From Acidimicrobiia bacterium (GTDB taxonomy: Bacteria; Actinomycetota; Acidimicrobiia; Spongiisociales; Spongiisociaceae): a stretch of 64,000 bases of DNA. Within the stretch, counting starts at the first letter, position 1; every line of letters starts with the position of its first letter. The position numbers were made by a program, and so were the translations under genes. This document shows, one piece after another, positions 40,916 to 50,407 of the stretch. The stretch is from the NCBI GenBank assembly GCA_041576165.1, contig JBFGLM010000011.1, positions 1 through 64,000 on the forward strand, in the 5' to 3' direction. The notes beneath the pieces were generated by a model, which saw nothing but the letters and a program-made list of their open reading frames with translations, made no database searches and was not told the origin of the DNA.

Positions 40916-41917
40916 ATGATGACCGACCTTCCCGAGCGGGCCGACCTCGGCCAGCTTCGCCGTCTCGCCAAGGAACTCCATCGAGCGGCGGCCAACGGAG
41001 ATCCGCAAGCCCGGGCCAGGATCTCAGCAGTTTCGGCAGAAGTCCGCCTGTCATCCGCTCAGCTGGCGCTCGCCCGCGAATACGGGTTTGCCAGCTGGCG
41101 GCGCCTGCGCGACGAGGTTGAGCGACGACGGCTCATCGACAGCGGCGACGTCGACGGTCTGCGGCGGCTGGTGGCGTCGGATCCTGACCTCGCACGAGAC
41201 CGGGTGCAATCCTGCCTGTCGGCGCCGGGAGCGTCGGTTTGGAACTATGTCGGAGTTGCCCGGTTCCATCGGATGGCCGACCACGATCGGATGGGCCACG
41301 TTGCCCGAGTGTTGTTGGGGGCCGGAGCTCCGGTAGACGGCTTGGAAGGCGACGGTGAAACGCCGCTGATCACCGCAGCCAGCTATGGCGAGGTGGGCAT
41401 GGCCCGCGCGCTGGTAGATGCGGGAGCGGATCTCGAGGCGATCGGAAAGGCAGTACCAGGCGGAACAGCTCTTGCCCATGCTGTGGCCTTCGGTTGGCCG
41501 GAGGTGGCCGATCTTCTGGTTGAGGCCGGTGCGGTCATCCATGACTTGGTGGAGGCGGCGGGCACGGGCCGGCTCGACGGGTTCTCGTCGGAAAACGCCT
41601 CGCCCGCGGAACAAGCCCGCGCGCTACGAGCTGCCGCCGTCAATGGGCGCATAGGCGCCATCGACGCGTTGCTCGCCTCCGGCCTCTACGTCAACGCACA
41701 TGCCGAAGGCGCAACCGCGCTGCACTGGGCTGCGTGGGAGGGCAACGCTGCCGGCGTCCGTCATCTCCTCTCCAAGGGAGCCGACCCGACGCTGCTGGAT
41801 GACGAATACGAGATGACGGCGCTGGGATGGTGCCGGCACCGCCTGAACGAGCCATTCGGGTGGCGAGACAGCCATAGGACCGTGGAGACGCTGCTGGTCG
41901 ACGCCGGCTCCGAATGA
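40916..41917 (+). CDS. Ankyrin repeat protein with N-terminal helical domain
   Basis: LPERADLGQLRRLAKEL..AQLALAREYGFASW; GETPLITAA, GTALAHAV, GATALHWAA. Confidence 0.88.
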   Translation: MMTDLPERADLGQLRRLAKELHRAAANGDPQARARISAVSAEVRLSSAQLALAREYGFASWRRLRDEVERRRLIDSGDVDGLRRLVASDPDLARDRVQSCLSAPGASVWNYVGVARFHRMADHDRMGHVARVLLGAGAPVDGLEGDGETPLITAASYGEVGMARALVDAGADLEAIGKAVPGGTALAHAVAFGWPEVADLLVEAGAVIHDLVEAAGTGRLDGFSSENASPAEQARALRAAAVNGRIGAIDALLASGLYVNAHAEGATALHWAAWEGNAAGVRHLLSKGADPTLLDDEYEMTALGWCRHRLNEPFGWRDSHRTVETLLVDAGSE

Positions 41918-41936
41918 GGCCCGGCCCGTGATCCGC

Positions 41937-42587
41937 CTACGTGAGGCGTGTCGAGCCCACCAGCACCCTGTACAGGAGCCCCAAAGCCGTTGCGCCGATG
42001 GAGCCTGCGACCACGATCAGGGAATAGACAACCCCGGACCGGATTCGGCGACGCTCCAGCACCGCGGGCATCAGCGCTGCGGCCAGCGTCAACGCCGCCA
42101 GTACCCAGACATCACTGATGCGATGCGGCTCTCGATCGAGGTCCCATAGCCACGCTCGACGCTCGAAGAAGACGAAGATCGCTTCCGCCAGGAGCATCAC
42201 GGAGGGCGCGGCTACTGCCGCCTGGAGACCCCATCCGTCTCCGGTGCGTACCACTGCGCCGCACAGGCCCATGACCGGGCCGGCGACCAGCGCTACCGTG
42301 ATCCACACGAGATTGCCCGCGCCGACGCTGTACCCGGCCGCAACACCCAGCAGGTAGTAGCTCGCCACACCGGAGATCAACGTCAATGCGCCTGCGGCGG
42401 CGCCACGTTTCGGCGACCCTGCTACGCGGCCAACGAAGAAGGCCGCCACCGCCCACGGCGATGCCAAGTTGGCCAGGAGTCCCAACGCACGGGAACCAAT
42501 CCGACCGTCGCCCAGGAATGAGAACAGGCCAAGAAGTCCTCCCACCACCAGCGCGAGGAGCCACCAGGGTCGCAGTCTGCTGAGCAC
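41937..42587 (-). CDS. Membrane protein (DUF6518-like)
   Basis: ANLASPWAVAAFFVG, SYY, GPVMGLCG. Confidence 0.65.
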   Translation of the reverse strand: MLSRLRPWWLLALVVGGLLGLFSFLGDGRIGSRALGLLANLASPWAVAAFFVGRVAGSPKRGAAAGALTLISGVASYYLLGVAAGYSVGAGNLVWITVALVAGPVMGLCGAVVRTGDGWGLQAAVAAPSVMLLAEAIFVFFERRAWLWDLDREPHRISDVWVLAALTLAAALMPAVLERRRIRSGVVYSLIVVAGSIGATALGLLYRVLVGSTRLT

Positions 42588-43009
42588 GAGGAAGTATCAC
42601 ACACGGCGGAGCGTTCCCCGCCGCTCAGCGGTCCACCAGCCGGCGCCCGGTGACCCAAAGTGCCACGCCGGCCGGTACGAGCACCACACCCGGAGCCCAT
42701 GCTCCGAATAGGAACGCCAACACACCTAAGCCACCAACCGGGGCGGCCAGCAAGGACAGCAGTGTGGCGAGCACTGTGGGCGTGAAGGCGCCACCTCGGA
42801 ACCAGTCTGGAGGCGTCAAGTCGGACTCGCCGTACGTTGTGGGCCGCGGATGGGCCGGGGCGACGTGGCGGCAAGACGGCTCTTGGATTGGTGATTCACG
42901 TGGGGAGTATGACCCACCCGGGTCAAAATGTGAGGTGACGCCATCGTGGTGCCCTACGCCGGCGCCCGTGCCCTCCCTGGTGGGAGCGGCGAAGGGATAA
43001 GCTGAACTG

Positions 43010-44089
43010 ATGGATCTTCCCGTGATGCCGCCCATAAAGCCAATGCTGGCCAAGCCGGTTGCGAAGCTGCCCGAGGGCGATATGTCGTATGAGCCCAAGT
43101 GGGACGGCTTTCGCTGCATCGTGTTCCGCGACGGCGACGAAGTGGTGATGGGATCCCGCAACGAGCGACCGCTGAACCGCTACTTCCCCGAGATGCTCGA
43201 ACCCTTCAAGGAGAGTCTCCCGGATCGATGCGTGGTAGACGGCGAGATCTTTGTGAGCATTGGCGGACGGTTGGATTTCGATGCGCTCGGCCAGCGCATC
43301 CATCCCGCGGATTCCCGGGTGCAGATGCTGGCCCGAGAGACCCCGGCCGATTTCGTTGCGTTCGATTTGCTGGCGTTGGACAACGAGTCGTTCGTCGAGG
43401 AGCCCTTCTCCGAGCGTCGAGCCCGACTGGAAGGGATCGCCGGTGGTTTTCAACCTCCTGTCCATCTGGCCCCGGCGACGTCGGACACGGAAACCGCGAT
43501 GGCTTGGTTCGACGCCTTCGAGGGCGCCGGGCTCGACGGCCTCATCATCAAGCCGCGGGGCGCGCCGTACGCGTTCAACAAGCGGACCCAGTTCAAACTC
43601 AAGCACGTGCGCAGCGCCGACTGCGTCGTGGCCGGCTTCCGGATGCACAAGTCGGGTGATGGGGTCGGATCACTGATCCTGGGCCTGTACAGCCCCGAAG
43701 GACAGTTATGGCACGTAGGGGTGGCGGCGAGCTTCACCGCGAAGAAGCGGGCGGAGCTGACCGCGGAGATGGAGCCTTTGGCGCTCGACGATCTGTCAGA
43801 TCATCCGTGGGCCAGCTGGATGGACGCGGCAGCCAACGCCGACGGTTCGATGCCGGGCGCTCCCAACCGGTGGAGCGGGGCGAGCGATCGCAACCACTCC
43901 TGGATCCCCGTCAAGCCCGATCGGGTCGTCGAGGTGCAGTACACCTGGGCCACGTCCGGGCGGTTTCGAGGTACCACCAAGATGCTCCGATGGCGCCCCG
44001 ACCGAGATCCCGAATCATGCAGCACCGAACAGCTGGCCGAACCCGCCCCGCTCGCCGGCGATTCATTGATACGTGACATCGTGGGCTGA
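43010..44089 (+). CDS. ligC: ATP-dependent DNA ligase, LigC type
   Basis: MDLPVMPPIKPMLAKP, EPKWDGFR (KxDG), VDGEI, AFDLL, ADCVVAGFR..GSLILGLY, RWRPDRDP. Confidence 0.9.
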   Translation: MDLPVMPPIKPMLAKPVAKLPEGDMSYEPKWDGFRCIVFRDGDEVVMGSRNERPLNRYFPEMLEPFKESLPDRCVVDGEIFVSIGGRLDFDALGQRIHPADSRVQMLARETPADFVAFDLLALDNESFVEEPFSERRARLEGIAGGFQPPVHLAPATSDTETAMAWFDAFEGAGLDGLIIKPRGAPYAFNKRTQFKLKHVRSADCVVAGFRMHKSGDGVGSLILGLYSPEGQLWHVGVAASFTAKKRAELTAEMEPLALDDLSDHPWASWMDAAANADGSMPGAPNRWSGASDRNHSWIPVKPDRVVEVQYTWATSGRFRGTTKMLRWRPDRDPESCSTEQLAEPAPLAGDSLIRDIVG

Positions 44090-44500
44090 TCGGCGCCGCG
44101 GGGTTTTGGCTCCTCAGTATCGACAGCTTGCGCTCAGCCGTCCCGCCGGTCGTCGGACCCATCGCGTGGACCGTGGTGAACATCCGAGGTCACTCTCCGC
44201 GAGGCTTTCCGACTGAAACGAGGGCCGTCCAACAGGCCCCCGAGGCATGTCGCGAAGTCTTCCGCGGACAAGACCAGCCCTCCGGCTGCCCCCGCACTTG
44301 GGCGCGATGGCATCCGCTCGCTGACCTACCGTTAGCTCGCCGGATGCTGCGCCTGGTCAGAACCCCTCGGACCCATGCCGAGAGCGGGAGCGCAGGATGC
44401 CGGGACACACAAGACGGAATCATGCCGAGGCGGTGGCCGCTTCGAGGGTCAGTCGTTTAGCCGACCACGTGACAGACCGATACGATTCAGGAGAATCGGC

Positions 44501-44989
44501 ATGATCATCGACTTCATCACACGCCTCCAGCAACAACACGGTGCCAAGCTCATCAGGTTTGGCGCGGTGAGTGCGTTCAACGTCGTGTTCGGCCAGAGTT
44601 TGCTGTACGGCGCGCAGACCATCCTCCAATGGTCGGGCGTCGCTTCAAACGTCTTTTCGGTCACGGTCAGCGCCGTTCCCGCCTATCTCCTCTCTCGCTA
44701 CTGGGTGTGGCAGAAGCGGGGCAAGAACCACTTCATGAAGGAAGTGGTTCCGTTCTGGAGCCTCGCCTTTCTCGGGCTCGCGTTTTCCACGGTGGCGGTC
44801 TGGTTCGTCGAGCGGCAATGGGACCCTCACCCACTGGTGATCAACTTCACCAACCTTGTTGCATTCGGGGTGGTGTGGGTGACGAAGTTCATCATCCTCG
44901 ACCGGATCCTGTTCCGGCATGAGGAGCTGACCGATGACCCGCTCGATGCCCTGGTCACCGAGATCGTCCGCGGGACTGACGAAGACTGA
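44501..44989 (+). CDS. GtrA family membrane protein
   Basis: LIRFGAVS, YLLSRYWVW, KFIILDRILF; AGGAG RBS. Confidence 0.85.
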   Translation: MIIDFITRLQQQHGAKLIRFGAVSAFNVVFGQSLLYGAQTILQWSGVASNVFSVTVSAVPAYLLSRYWVWQKRGKNHFMKEVVPFWSLAFLGLAFSTVAVWFVERQWDPHPLVINFTNLVAFGVVWVTKFIILDRILFRHEELTDDPLDALVTEIVRGTDED

Positions 44990-45105
44990 CCGGCAGTGCG
45001 GATAATGCGGCGCTCGCCTGGCTCGTGACTCTGGGATGGATTGTCAGGTCCCTGAGACGGCCTCAGGCGTCGACCCTGAGAGCGGGCGCCCGAACAGAGC
45101 TTGTT

Positions 45106-45330
45106 CTAGACGCGCTCCGATACCAGCTGCGGGCGAGCGATGAACCAGTACAGAACGGCGCCGACCGCGTAGAGAAGGACGACCACCAGGGCCCATACGA
45201 TCCTGTCCTGGCCTGCTGCTTGCCACTGCTCGACGGGACGCCTGAGCATGTCGATCAGTGCGACCAGCCACACCACCAAACCGCCTAGACCGATCACGAA
45301 CACAATGAAACCGAGGCCCAACAGCCTCAT
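45106..45330 (-). CDS. PLDc N-terminal domain-like small membrane protein
   Basis: WLVALIDMLRRP..RIVWALVVVL..GAVLYWFIARP. Confidence 0.8.
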   Translation of the reverse strand: MRLLGLGFIVFVIGLGGLVVWLVALIDMLRRPVEQWQAAGQDRIVWALVVVLLYAVGAVLYWFIARPQLVSERV

Positions 45331-45487
45331 CTCTGCCGCCTTTCACAATCCGTTGTGTGCGTGAGACGCATGATGGGGCTGAAAGGTTGCACGATTTCAC
45401 CGGTGGCGGCGGCCGGCCACGGGCAGCTACTGCGCGGACTCCAGCCGGATCGGAAACCGGGCGGCGGGACCATAGTCATCTTCAGCG

Positions 45488-45880
45488 ATGCGCGACGGCG
45501 TCCTCGCCGCGGTCACGTTGATGATGGCAGCTTGTGGCGGGAGTCCCGGCGAGCCTGGAACTGCTGACCAGATCAGTAGAACCGACCAGGCTGTCGGGAA
45601 CCGGGAGGCGGCCGCGTTGGTGTGGCTGAACCGGACGGGAATCCACCAACCGGACCTCGAGATGATGGGACATGCGCTGGAGCGCGCGTGGGAGTCTGGG
45701 AGGCCGAGGTCGCTGCGGAGCTTGCCTTCGAGTATGTGGAAACCGACGAAGCGGCAGGGCGCTCGACCAGTCCTGGGTCGGTCGACATGGGCTGCCGCCC
45801 AGACGTGGTGGATTCGCGGCGAGGGTGATCGCCCGGATGCTTTTCCCGAAGATGCGGTTCCACCAGCGGTCACACGTTCA
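45488..45880 (+). pseudogene. Probable degraded lipoprotein gene
   Basis: Lipobox MAAC and VWLNRTG in one frame; GVWEAEVAAELAFEYVETD in another; back to PDAFPEDAVPP. Confidence 0.4.
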
Positions 45881-45987
45881 TACCGCAGTGCCGCACCGAG
45901 ATATCGGCGGGCCGCTGCCTATCCAGTCATCATGCTCGCCGGCGGGTGCCGGTTGTCGGGCGGGGCACGACCACGCCGTTGGTCGCG

Positions 45988-47169
45988 CTAATCGAGCAGC
46001 ACTCGCAAGCTGACCGGGGATCGGTATTCGTGCCCCTTGAGCACCGTCGTGTGGGCCGGATCGAGGCGGAGGTGCGGGAAGCGCTGCACGAGGTTGGTCA
46101 TGGCGACTCGCAGTTGTACCCGCGCGAAGTGGTGCCCGATGCAGTAGTGGGGCCCGGTCGCGAACGACATATGGATGCGTTTGGCTCGGTAGATATCGAA
46201 CGCGTCGGCCGACGGGCCCCACATCTCGCGATCGCGGTTCGCTGAGGCGACGACGAGGATGACCCGGGCGTCGTCTGGCAGCCGGACGCCGGACAGCGAC
46301 GTCCCCGGTGCTACCCCGCGGAGCAGATTGCCAATTGGTGCGGTCCAACGCAGACCCTCCTCAACCGCCGAGGGCACCAGCGCCGGGTCGGCCCGCACCG
46401 CCTCGAGTTGATCGGGGTGGCTGAGCAGGCAGTGAGCGATGGTGGCGCCCCCGTGCGCCGGCTCCTGAAGCCCGCCCAGGAGAACCAGTTTCAACGAAGG
46501 CATCGCCCAAGCCAGCCGCTCCGCGAGGGATCCAGGTCGGGCGTGGACCAAGCTGGACAGCATTCCGTGATCAGGCTCTTCCAGCAACCGCTCGAAACGC
46601 GGCTGGAGCGTCTCGTCGATGTCGGCGGAAACATCGTCGCAGAAGGCGGACTTGCGCGGGTCATCCTCGTAATTCGATACACCGGCGGCCAGCCCGGCGA
46701 ACCAGCGACGTAGCGTCTCGACGCCGACGAGATCCTGTACACCCATGGCGTGGGCGAGTGACATGAGCGATACCGGCTCGAAGTAGTCGGCAACGAGTTC
46801 AGCCGACCTTCCCTGCGCGATGACATGGAGCTGTTCGTCACACAGCTTCTCGAACACGGCCGGCATGGTCGCCTCGACCGCCCGAGGGCGGAAGGTTGCA
46901 TCAAACGGACGGCGCCGCGCTTTGGCCGGCTCGCCGTCGGTGGTCATCATGGAGACTCCCCCTAATGCCCGATCCGTCGGCGACCGCTCCACATGTGCAG
47001 GGAACCGGTCCGGATCGTTCGCAGCCTCGTAGACCGCCGCCCAGCTGGTCACCATCCACACGTCCAGACACGGCATATAGGCAACCGGCGCCGTGGCCCG
47101 GAGCTGCGCATAGATTGGATACGGATCCCACTCGAGGTCGGCCACAGTGATCGCGGCGAGATCAGTCAA
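45988..47169 (-). CDS. Cytochrome P450, GcoA/CYP255-like (QE I-helix)
   Basis: DPYPIYAQLR, GGLQEPAH, EGLRW (ExxR), FATGPHYCIG heme Cys; likely TTG start overlapping the ferredoxin 3' end. Confidence 0.92.
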   Translation of the reverse strand: MTDLAAITVADLEWDPYPIYAQLRATAPVAYMPCLDVWMVTSWAAVYEAANDPDRFPAHVERSPTDRALGGVSMMTTDGEPAKARRRPFDATFRPRAVEATMPAVFEKLCDEQLHVIAQGRSAELVADYFEPVSLMSLAHAMGVQDLVGVETLRRWFAGLAAGVSNYEDDPRKSAFCDDVSADIDETLQPRFERLLEEPDHGMLSSLVHARPGSLAERLAWAMPSLKLVLLGGLQEPAHGGATIAHCLLSHPDQLEAVRADPALVPSAVEEGLRWTAPIGNLLRGVAPGTSLSGVRLPDDARVILVVASANRDREMWGPSADAFDIYRAKRIHMSFATGPHYCIGHHFARVQLRVAMTNLVQRFPHLRLDPAHTTVLKGHEYRSPVSLRVLLD

Positions 47170-47464
47170 CGTCAACCTCGAGCTGGCCGTCAGCTGAGCG
47201 CACGGGGAAGGTTCGGATCGGTTCGGTTGCCGGCGCCCGCAAGGGTCGTCCGGTTCTGACATCGAACTCCGAGCCGTGGCAGTCACATATCGCGATGAGA
47301 CCGTCGATCTCGCCGTCATCACTGAAAGCACACCCCGCGTGACTGCAACGGTTCTCGAACGCCCACCAGCGGCCGTCCCCGAACACCACCAGCAGATCAA
47401 AACCCGCGGCCTCTGCTCGCACCACTTGGGAGCAGTTCACGCTTGGCATCCGGACCCAGGTCAC
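47162..47464 (-). CDS. Rieske-type [2Fe-2S] ferredoxin
   Basis: CSH..CDCHGSEFDVRTG..PATEPIRTFPV. Confidence 0.9.
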   Translation of the reverse strand: MTWVRMPSVNCSQVVRAEAAGFDLLVVFGDGRWWAFENRCSHAGCAFSDDGEIDGLIAICDCHGSEFDVRTGRPLRAPATEPIRTFPVRSADGQLEVDVD

Positions 47465-47684
47465 TCCGGTCCTCGTTCTCTCGGAGGGGCGCTACTCCGA
47501 CCTTCTCGACCGGCGGGCTGGCGCGCTCGGGTGACCATAACTTCCGCAACGTCCCGCTGGAGCGCAAGTGCGCGGACCACCGGAAAGGTCCTGGGTCTCG
47601 GTATGTGACACAAATATTCCGATTGGCGTCGTACAAGCTAGGAGCTGCGCGCCTTACATACTTGGAGGCGAAACGAGTGGAACG

Positions 47685-48149
47685 TTGGCGCGCACACAGT
47701 TTGAGGCATTCTTCAACAAGGCGGAGCCCGGGCTTCGATACGCGCTCGTCGGTGCGTTCGGTCCCGAGATCGGCCGCGAAGCGGCGGCCGATGCCCTCGC
47801 GTATGGCTGGGAGCATTGGAATCGGATATCGCGCATGGAGAATCCGGCCGGGTACCTCTACCGGGTGGGCCAGGGACGGGCGAAGCGAGCGTTGCGACGG
47901 GGGGCGCAGCAACCCCCCGGGGAGGTTTCACCTGTATCCGACGGTGCGCCAATGGTTGAGCCGGCCCTGGAACCGGCCATGAGTGAGCTCACCCAGCGCC
48001 AGCGCCAGATCGTCTACCTGGTGGCCGGTGCCGACCTGGGGATCCGGGAGACAGCCCGGATCCTGGGCCTTTCACCGGGCGCGGTGCAAAACCACTATCA
48101 GCGAGGCCTCGAGCACCTCCGGACCGAATTGGGTGTGAACGATGTTTGA
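47685..48149 (+). CDS. ECF-type RNA polymerase sigma factor
   Basis: AAADALAYGWEHW, NPAGYLYRV, LTQRQR..ETARILG..VQNHYQRGL; in-frame TTG 47685. Confidence 0.85.
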   Translation: MARTQFEAFFNKAEPGLRYALVGAFGPEIGREAAADALAYGWEHWNRISRMENPAGYLYRVGQGRAKRALRRGAQQPPGEVSPVSDGAPMVEPALEPAMSELTQRQRQIVYLVAGADLGIRETARILGLSPGAVQNHYQRGLEHLRTELGVNDV

Positions 48150-49251
48150 CCTGGGTGAACGCATCAGGCAGCACGTCGATCGTGCCGCACCAGCAATCGA
48201 CCTGGAAGAGATCCAGGTCAGAGTATCCCCGGCCGCTCGCGGCCTGACTGCCAGGGAGGATGAAGTGCCAGGTAAGAGAGCACTGCTCGTTTTCGCAACC
48301 GCTTTCGTCGGCGTACTTGTGGCCGGCGTTGCGTTTGCACAGGTCGGCGCATTCGCGCCAGACGACCCGACTGACCCGCCGCCCACGGCGCGCCAGGAGG
48401 TCGATCCGGAGGCTTCGAGCGAGGCTGAGCCCGCTGCGTCCATCCCGGATGACGATCTCATCGAATATGTGGAAAGCAGCACACCACACAAAGATCCGGA
48501 GGGCGAACCGCACCCTGAAGAGGAAGCCGGGGCCCCGGAGGAAGAGCCGCCGCTCGAGGATCGGGCCGACACGACGCCACCAGAATTCGTGATTCTCCAC
48601 CCCGACGACGGCCAGCGCTTCGAAGTGGAGAAGGTCGCTTTCGAAGGCGAGGTCGAGCCGGGCGCCCGGGTGTTCGCTGGCGATTGGGAAGCTGACGTCA
48701 CCGCCGACGGCCGCTGGCGCATCGTGCTGATCCTCAACGAGGGCCAAAACGTGGCGACCCTCACTGCGGTCGACGAGGCCGGTAACGCTGCCAGCGACAC
48801 GGTGACGGTCCACTACGACCCCCCACGGCCGATCGAGAGCGAGGAGCCACCGGGCCAGAAGGAGCCGCCCAAGGAGGAGCCCCCCAAAGAAGAACCGCCG
48901 GTAGAGGAACCTCCCGCCGAACCAGAGGAACCTCCCGCCGAAGAACCCCCCGTTGAGGGTGGCGGGGCCAGCGAGGAACCCGCCAGCGTCAGCTTCACCG
49001 CGAACCAACAGTTCGGCTCTTGCGGCGAGGAGCTGCCCTATGACGTGTTCTGGGGCACCGCAAACCCGGGATCCACGGTGTACATCGCGTCGGACTTCGG
49101 ATCGGGAACCACGACTGCGAACGCCAGCGGCCATTGGGAGATCAGGGTGGATTTCCCCAACGCGCCCTTCAACGACGCATTCAATGTCGTAGCCGAGGCC
49201 GATGGCGGCCGAAAGGTGTTCTCGTTCATCCGCACGGGGGGAGACGGCTGA
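48142..49251 (+). CDS. Single-pass membrane protein with Ig-like domains and Pro/Glu linker (putative anti-sigma/sensor)
   Basis: Overlaps the sigma stop; TM at about aa 46-66; DTTPPEF..AVDEAGN and GTANPGSTV Ig-like modules. Confidence 0.7.
   Translation: MFDLGERIRQHVDRAAPAIDLEEIQVRVSPAARGLTAREDEVPGKRALLVFATAFVGVLVAGVAFAQVGAFAPDDPTDPPPTARQEVDPEASSEAEPAASIPDDDLIEYVESSTPHKDPEGEPHPEEEAGAPEEEPPLEDRADTTPPEFVILHPDDGQRFEVEKVAFEGEVEPGARVFAGDWEADVTADGRWRIVLILNEGQNVATLTAVDEAGNAASDTVTVHYDPPRPIESEEPPGQKEPPKEEPPKEEPPVEEPPAEPEEPPAEEPPVEGGGASEEPASVSFTANQQFGSCGEELPYDVFWGTANPGSTVYIASDFGSGTTTANASGHWEIRVDFPNAPFNDAFNVVAEADGGRKVFSFIRTGGDG
48841..48956 (+). repeat. Coding EEPP tandem repeats
   Basis: About 7 (E/K)EPP units; AGAGGAACCTCCCGCCGAA repeated exactly at 48903 and 48924. 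Confidence 0.8.
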
Positions 49252-49266
49252 ACAGACCGCCAGGCA

Positions 49267-49332
49267 CCCGGTGGGGTCGAGATGCCAGGCGACCCCACCG
49301 GGCAGGCGCCGGGTTGGGCTGTCGCAGCCCAA
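49267..49332 (+). terminator. Tandem GC hairpins after the stop at 49251
   Basis: CCCGGTGGGGTCG/CGACCCCACCGGG 13-bp stem; TTGGGCTG/CAGCCCAA 8-bp stem; no U-tract. Confidence 0.55.
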
Positions 49333-49616
49333 TGTGCCTGTCCGCCGCTCGGGCCTTTCCGCCGGGCCCGGGCCGCGGACCTGGCCAGCGCCTGACTCCA
49401 CCGCCCTGGGCGATCCCGCCGGACCACACGGGCCTCAGGTGGCGCACGCAACGGCGGTTTGGGGATCCTTCCTGCCAGGAGCGCCACGGGGATGGCCGCC
49501 GGCGCCCGGACCGACCACGGCGAGCCATGGCCGCTCATCGCCAACAGCGCCAGTCGTCGGCAGCCACCCGAACAGACCTCCAGGACGATCACGACCTAGG
49601 TAGGCGTGACGGAAGT

Positions 49617-50339
49617 TCAACCGCCTGCAGGGCGGTGTTCGTCACCCGCCGCGATCCAGGCGGCCACATATGACGCCACGTTGATTGCTCCGTGCACCAG
49701 CGTCGGCGCAAGCACCGATTGCGCTTTGCGGCGCAACATGCCGAAACCCATCCCCGCCACCGCTGTCAAACAGACCGAACCGGCGACTGCGGCCGTCTTC
49801 CTCGACGTAGTGCGGGCCAGTCGGCCGGATCGATACACGTGGACGGTTTTCAAGGTAGGGAGCACGTGCCACACCCCGAACACGACACTGGTCAGGGAGT
49901 TGGCGCGGGCCTCGCCCAACCGTCGGGCCCACCAAGCCCATAGGAACCCGCGGAAGAGGGACTCCTCGAACAGCGCAGTACCGACGGGGATCCGGAACAA
50001 GACCTCCGCGGCAAAGTCTGCCAAGCCCTGCTGCTCCACCCTCTCGTCACGGAAGAGTTGTCGCAATCGAGGACCGGCCGCCGCGACCGTTACGGCCAGG
50101 GCGATCGCGGCGGCGATTGGGCCGCCAATATTCGAACCCCGTCTCAGCGCCCCGGGTCCCACTCCAAGCTCATCGGTCCCGAGCCCCAAGACCCGGCCGA
50201 TGCCCATCGTTCCCATGACCCCCAGCGCGTTGAGGCTGCCGTAGGCTTGTCGCGATACGTTGTTCTGGGCAATGTTCCACGCACCGACTCCGGCCAGAAG
50301 GGCCAGGTCGACGCGATGGTGAGCTTCCACGGGGGCCAT
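49617..50339 (-). CDS. CPBP (Abi/CAAX) intramembrane protease
   Basis: EESLFRG, FGVWH, HGAIN. Confidence 0.9.
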   Translation of the reverse strand: MAPVEAHHRVDLALLAGVGAWNIAQNNVSRQAYGSLNALGVMGTMGIGRVLGLGTDELGVGPGALRRGSNIGGPIAAAIALAVTVAAAGPRLRQLFRDERVEQQGLADFAAEVLFRIPVGTALFEESLFRGFLWAWWARRLGEARANSLTSVVFGVWHVLPTLKTVHVYRSGRLARTTSRKTAAVAGSVCLTAVAGMGFGMLRRKAQSVLAPTLVHGAINVASYVAAWIAAGDEHRPAGG

Positions 50340-50407
50340 AGTGCCACGGTCGGGCAGTTGTTGCGGCAGTCTCCCAGTGACGTAGTCAACCGAGACAGGG
50401 CAAACTC

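Noticed and set aside
48841-48956. CRISPR-like repeat
   Set aside because: In-frame coding repeats with no unique spacers and no cas genes.
47989-49401. 470-aa minus-strand ORF with hydrophobic repeats
   Set aside because: Reverse complement of the EEPP-repeat gene.
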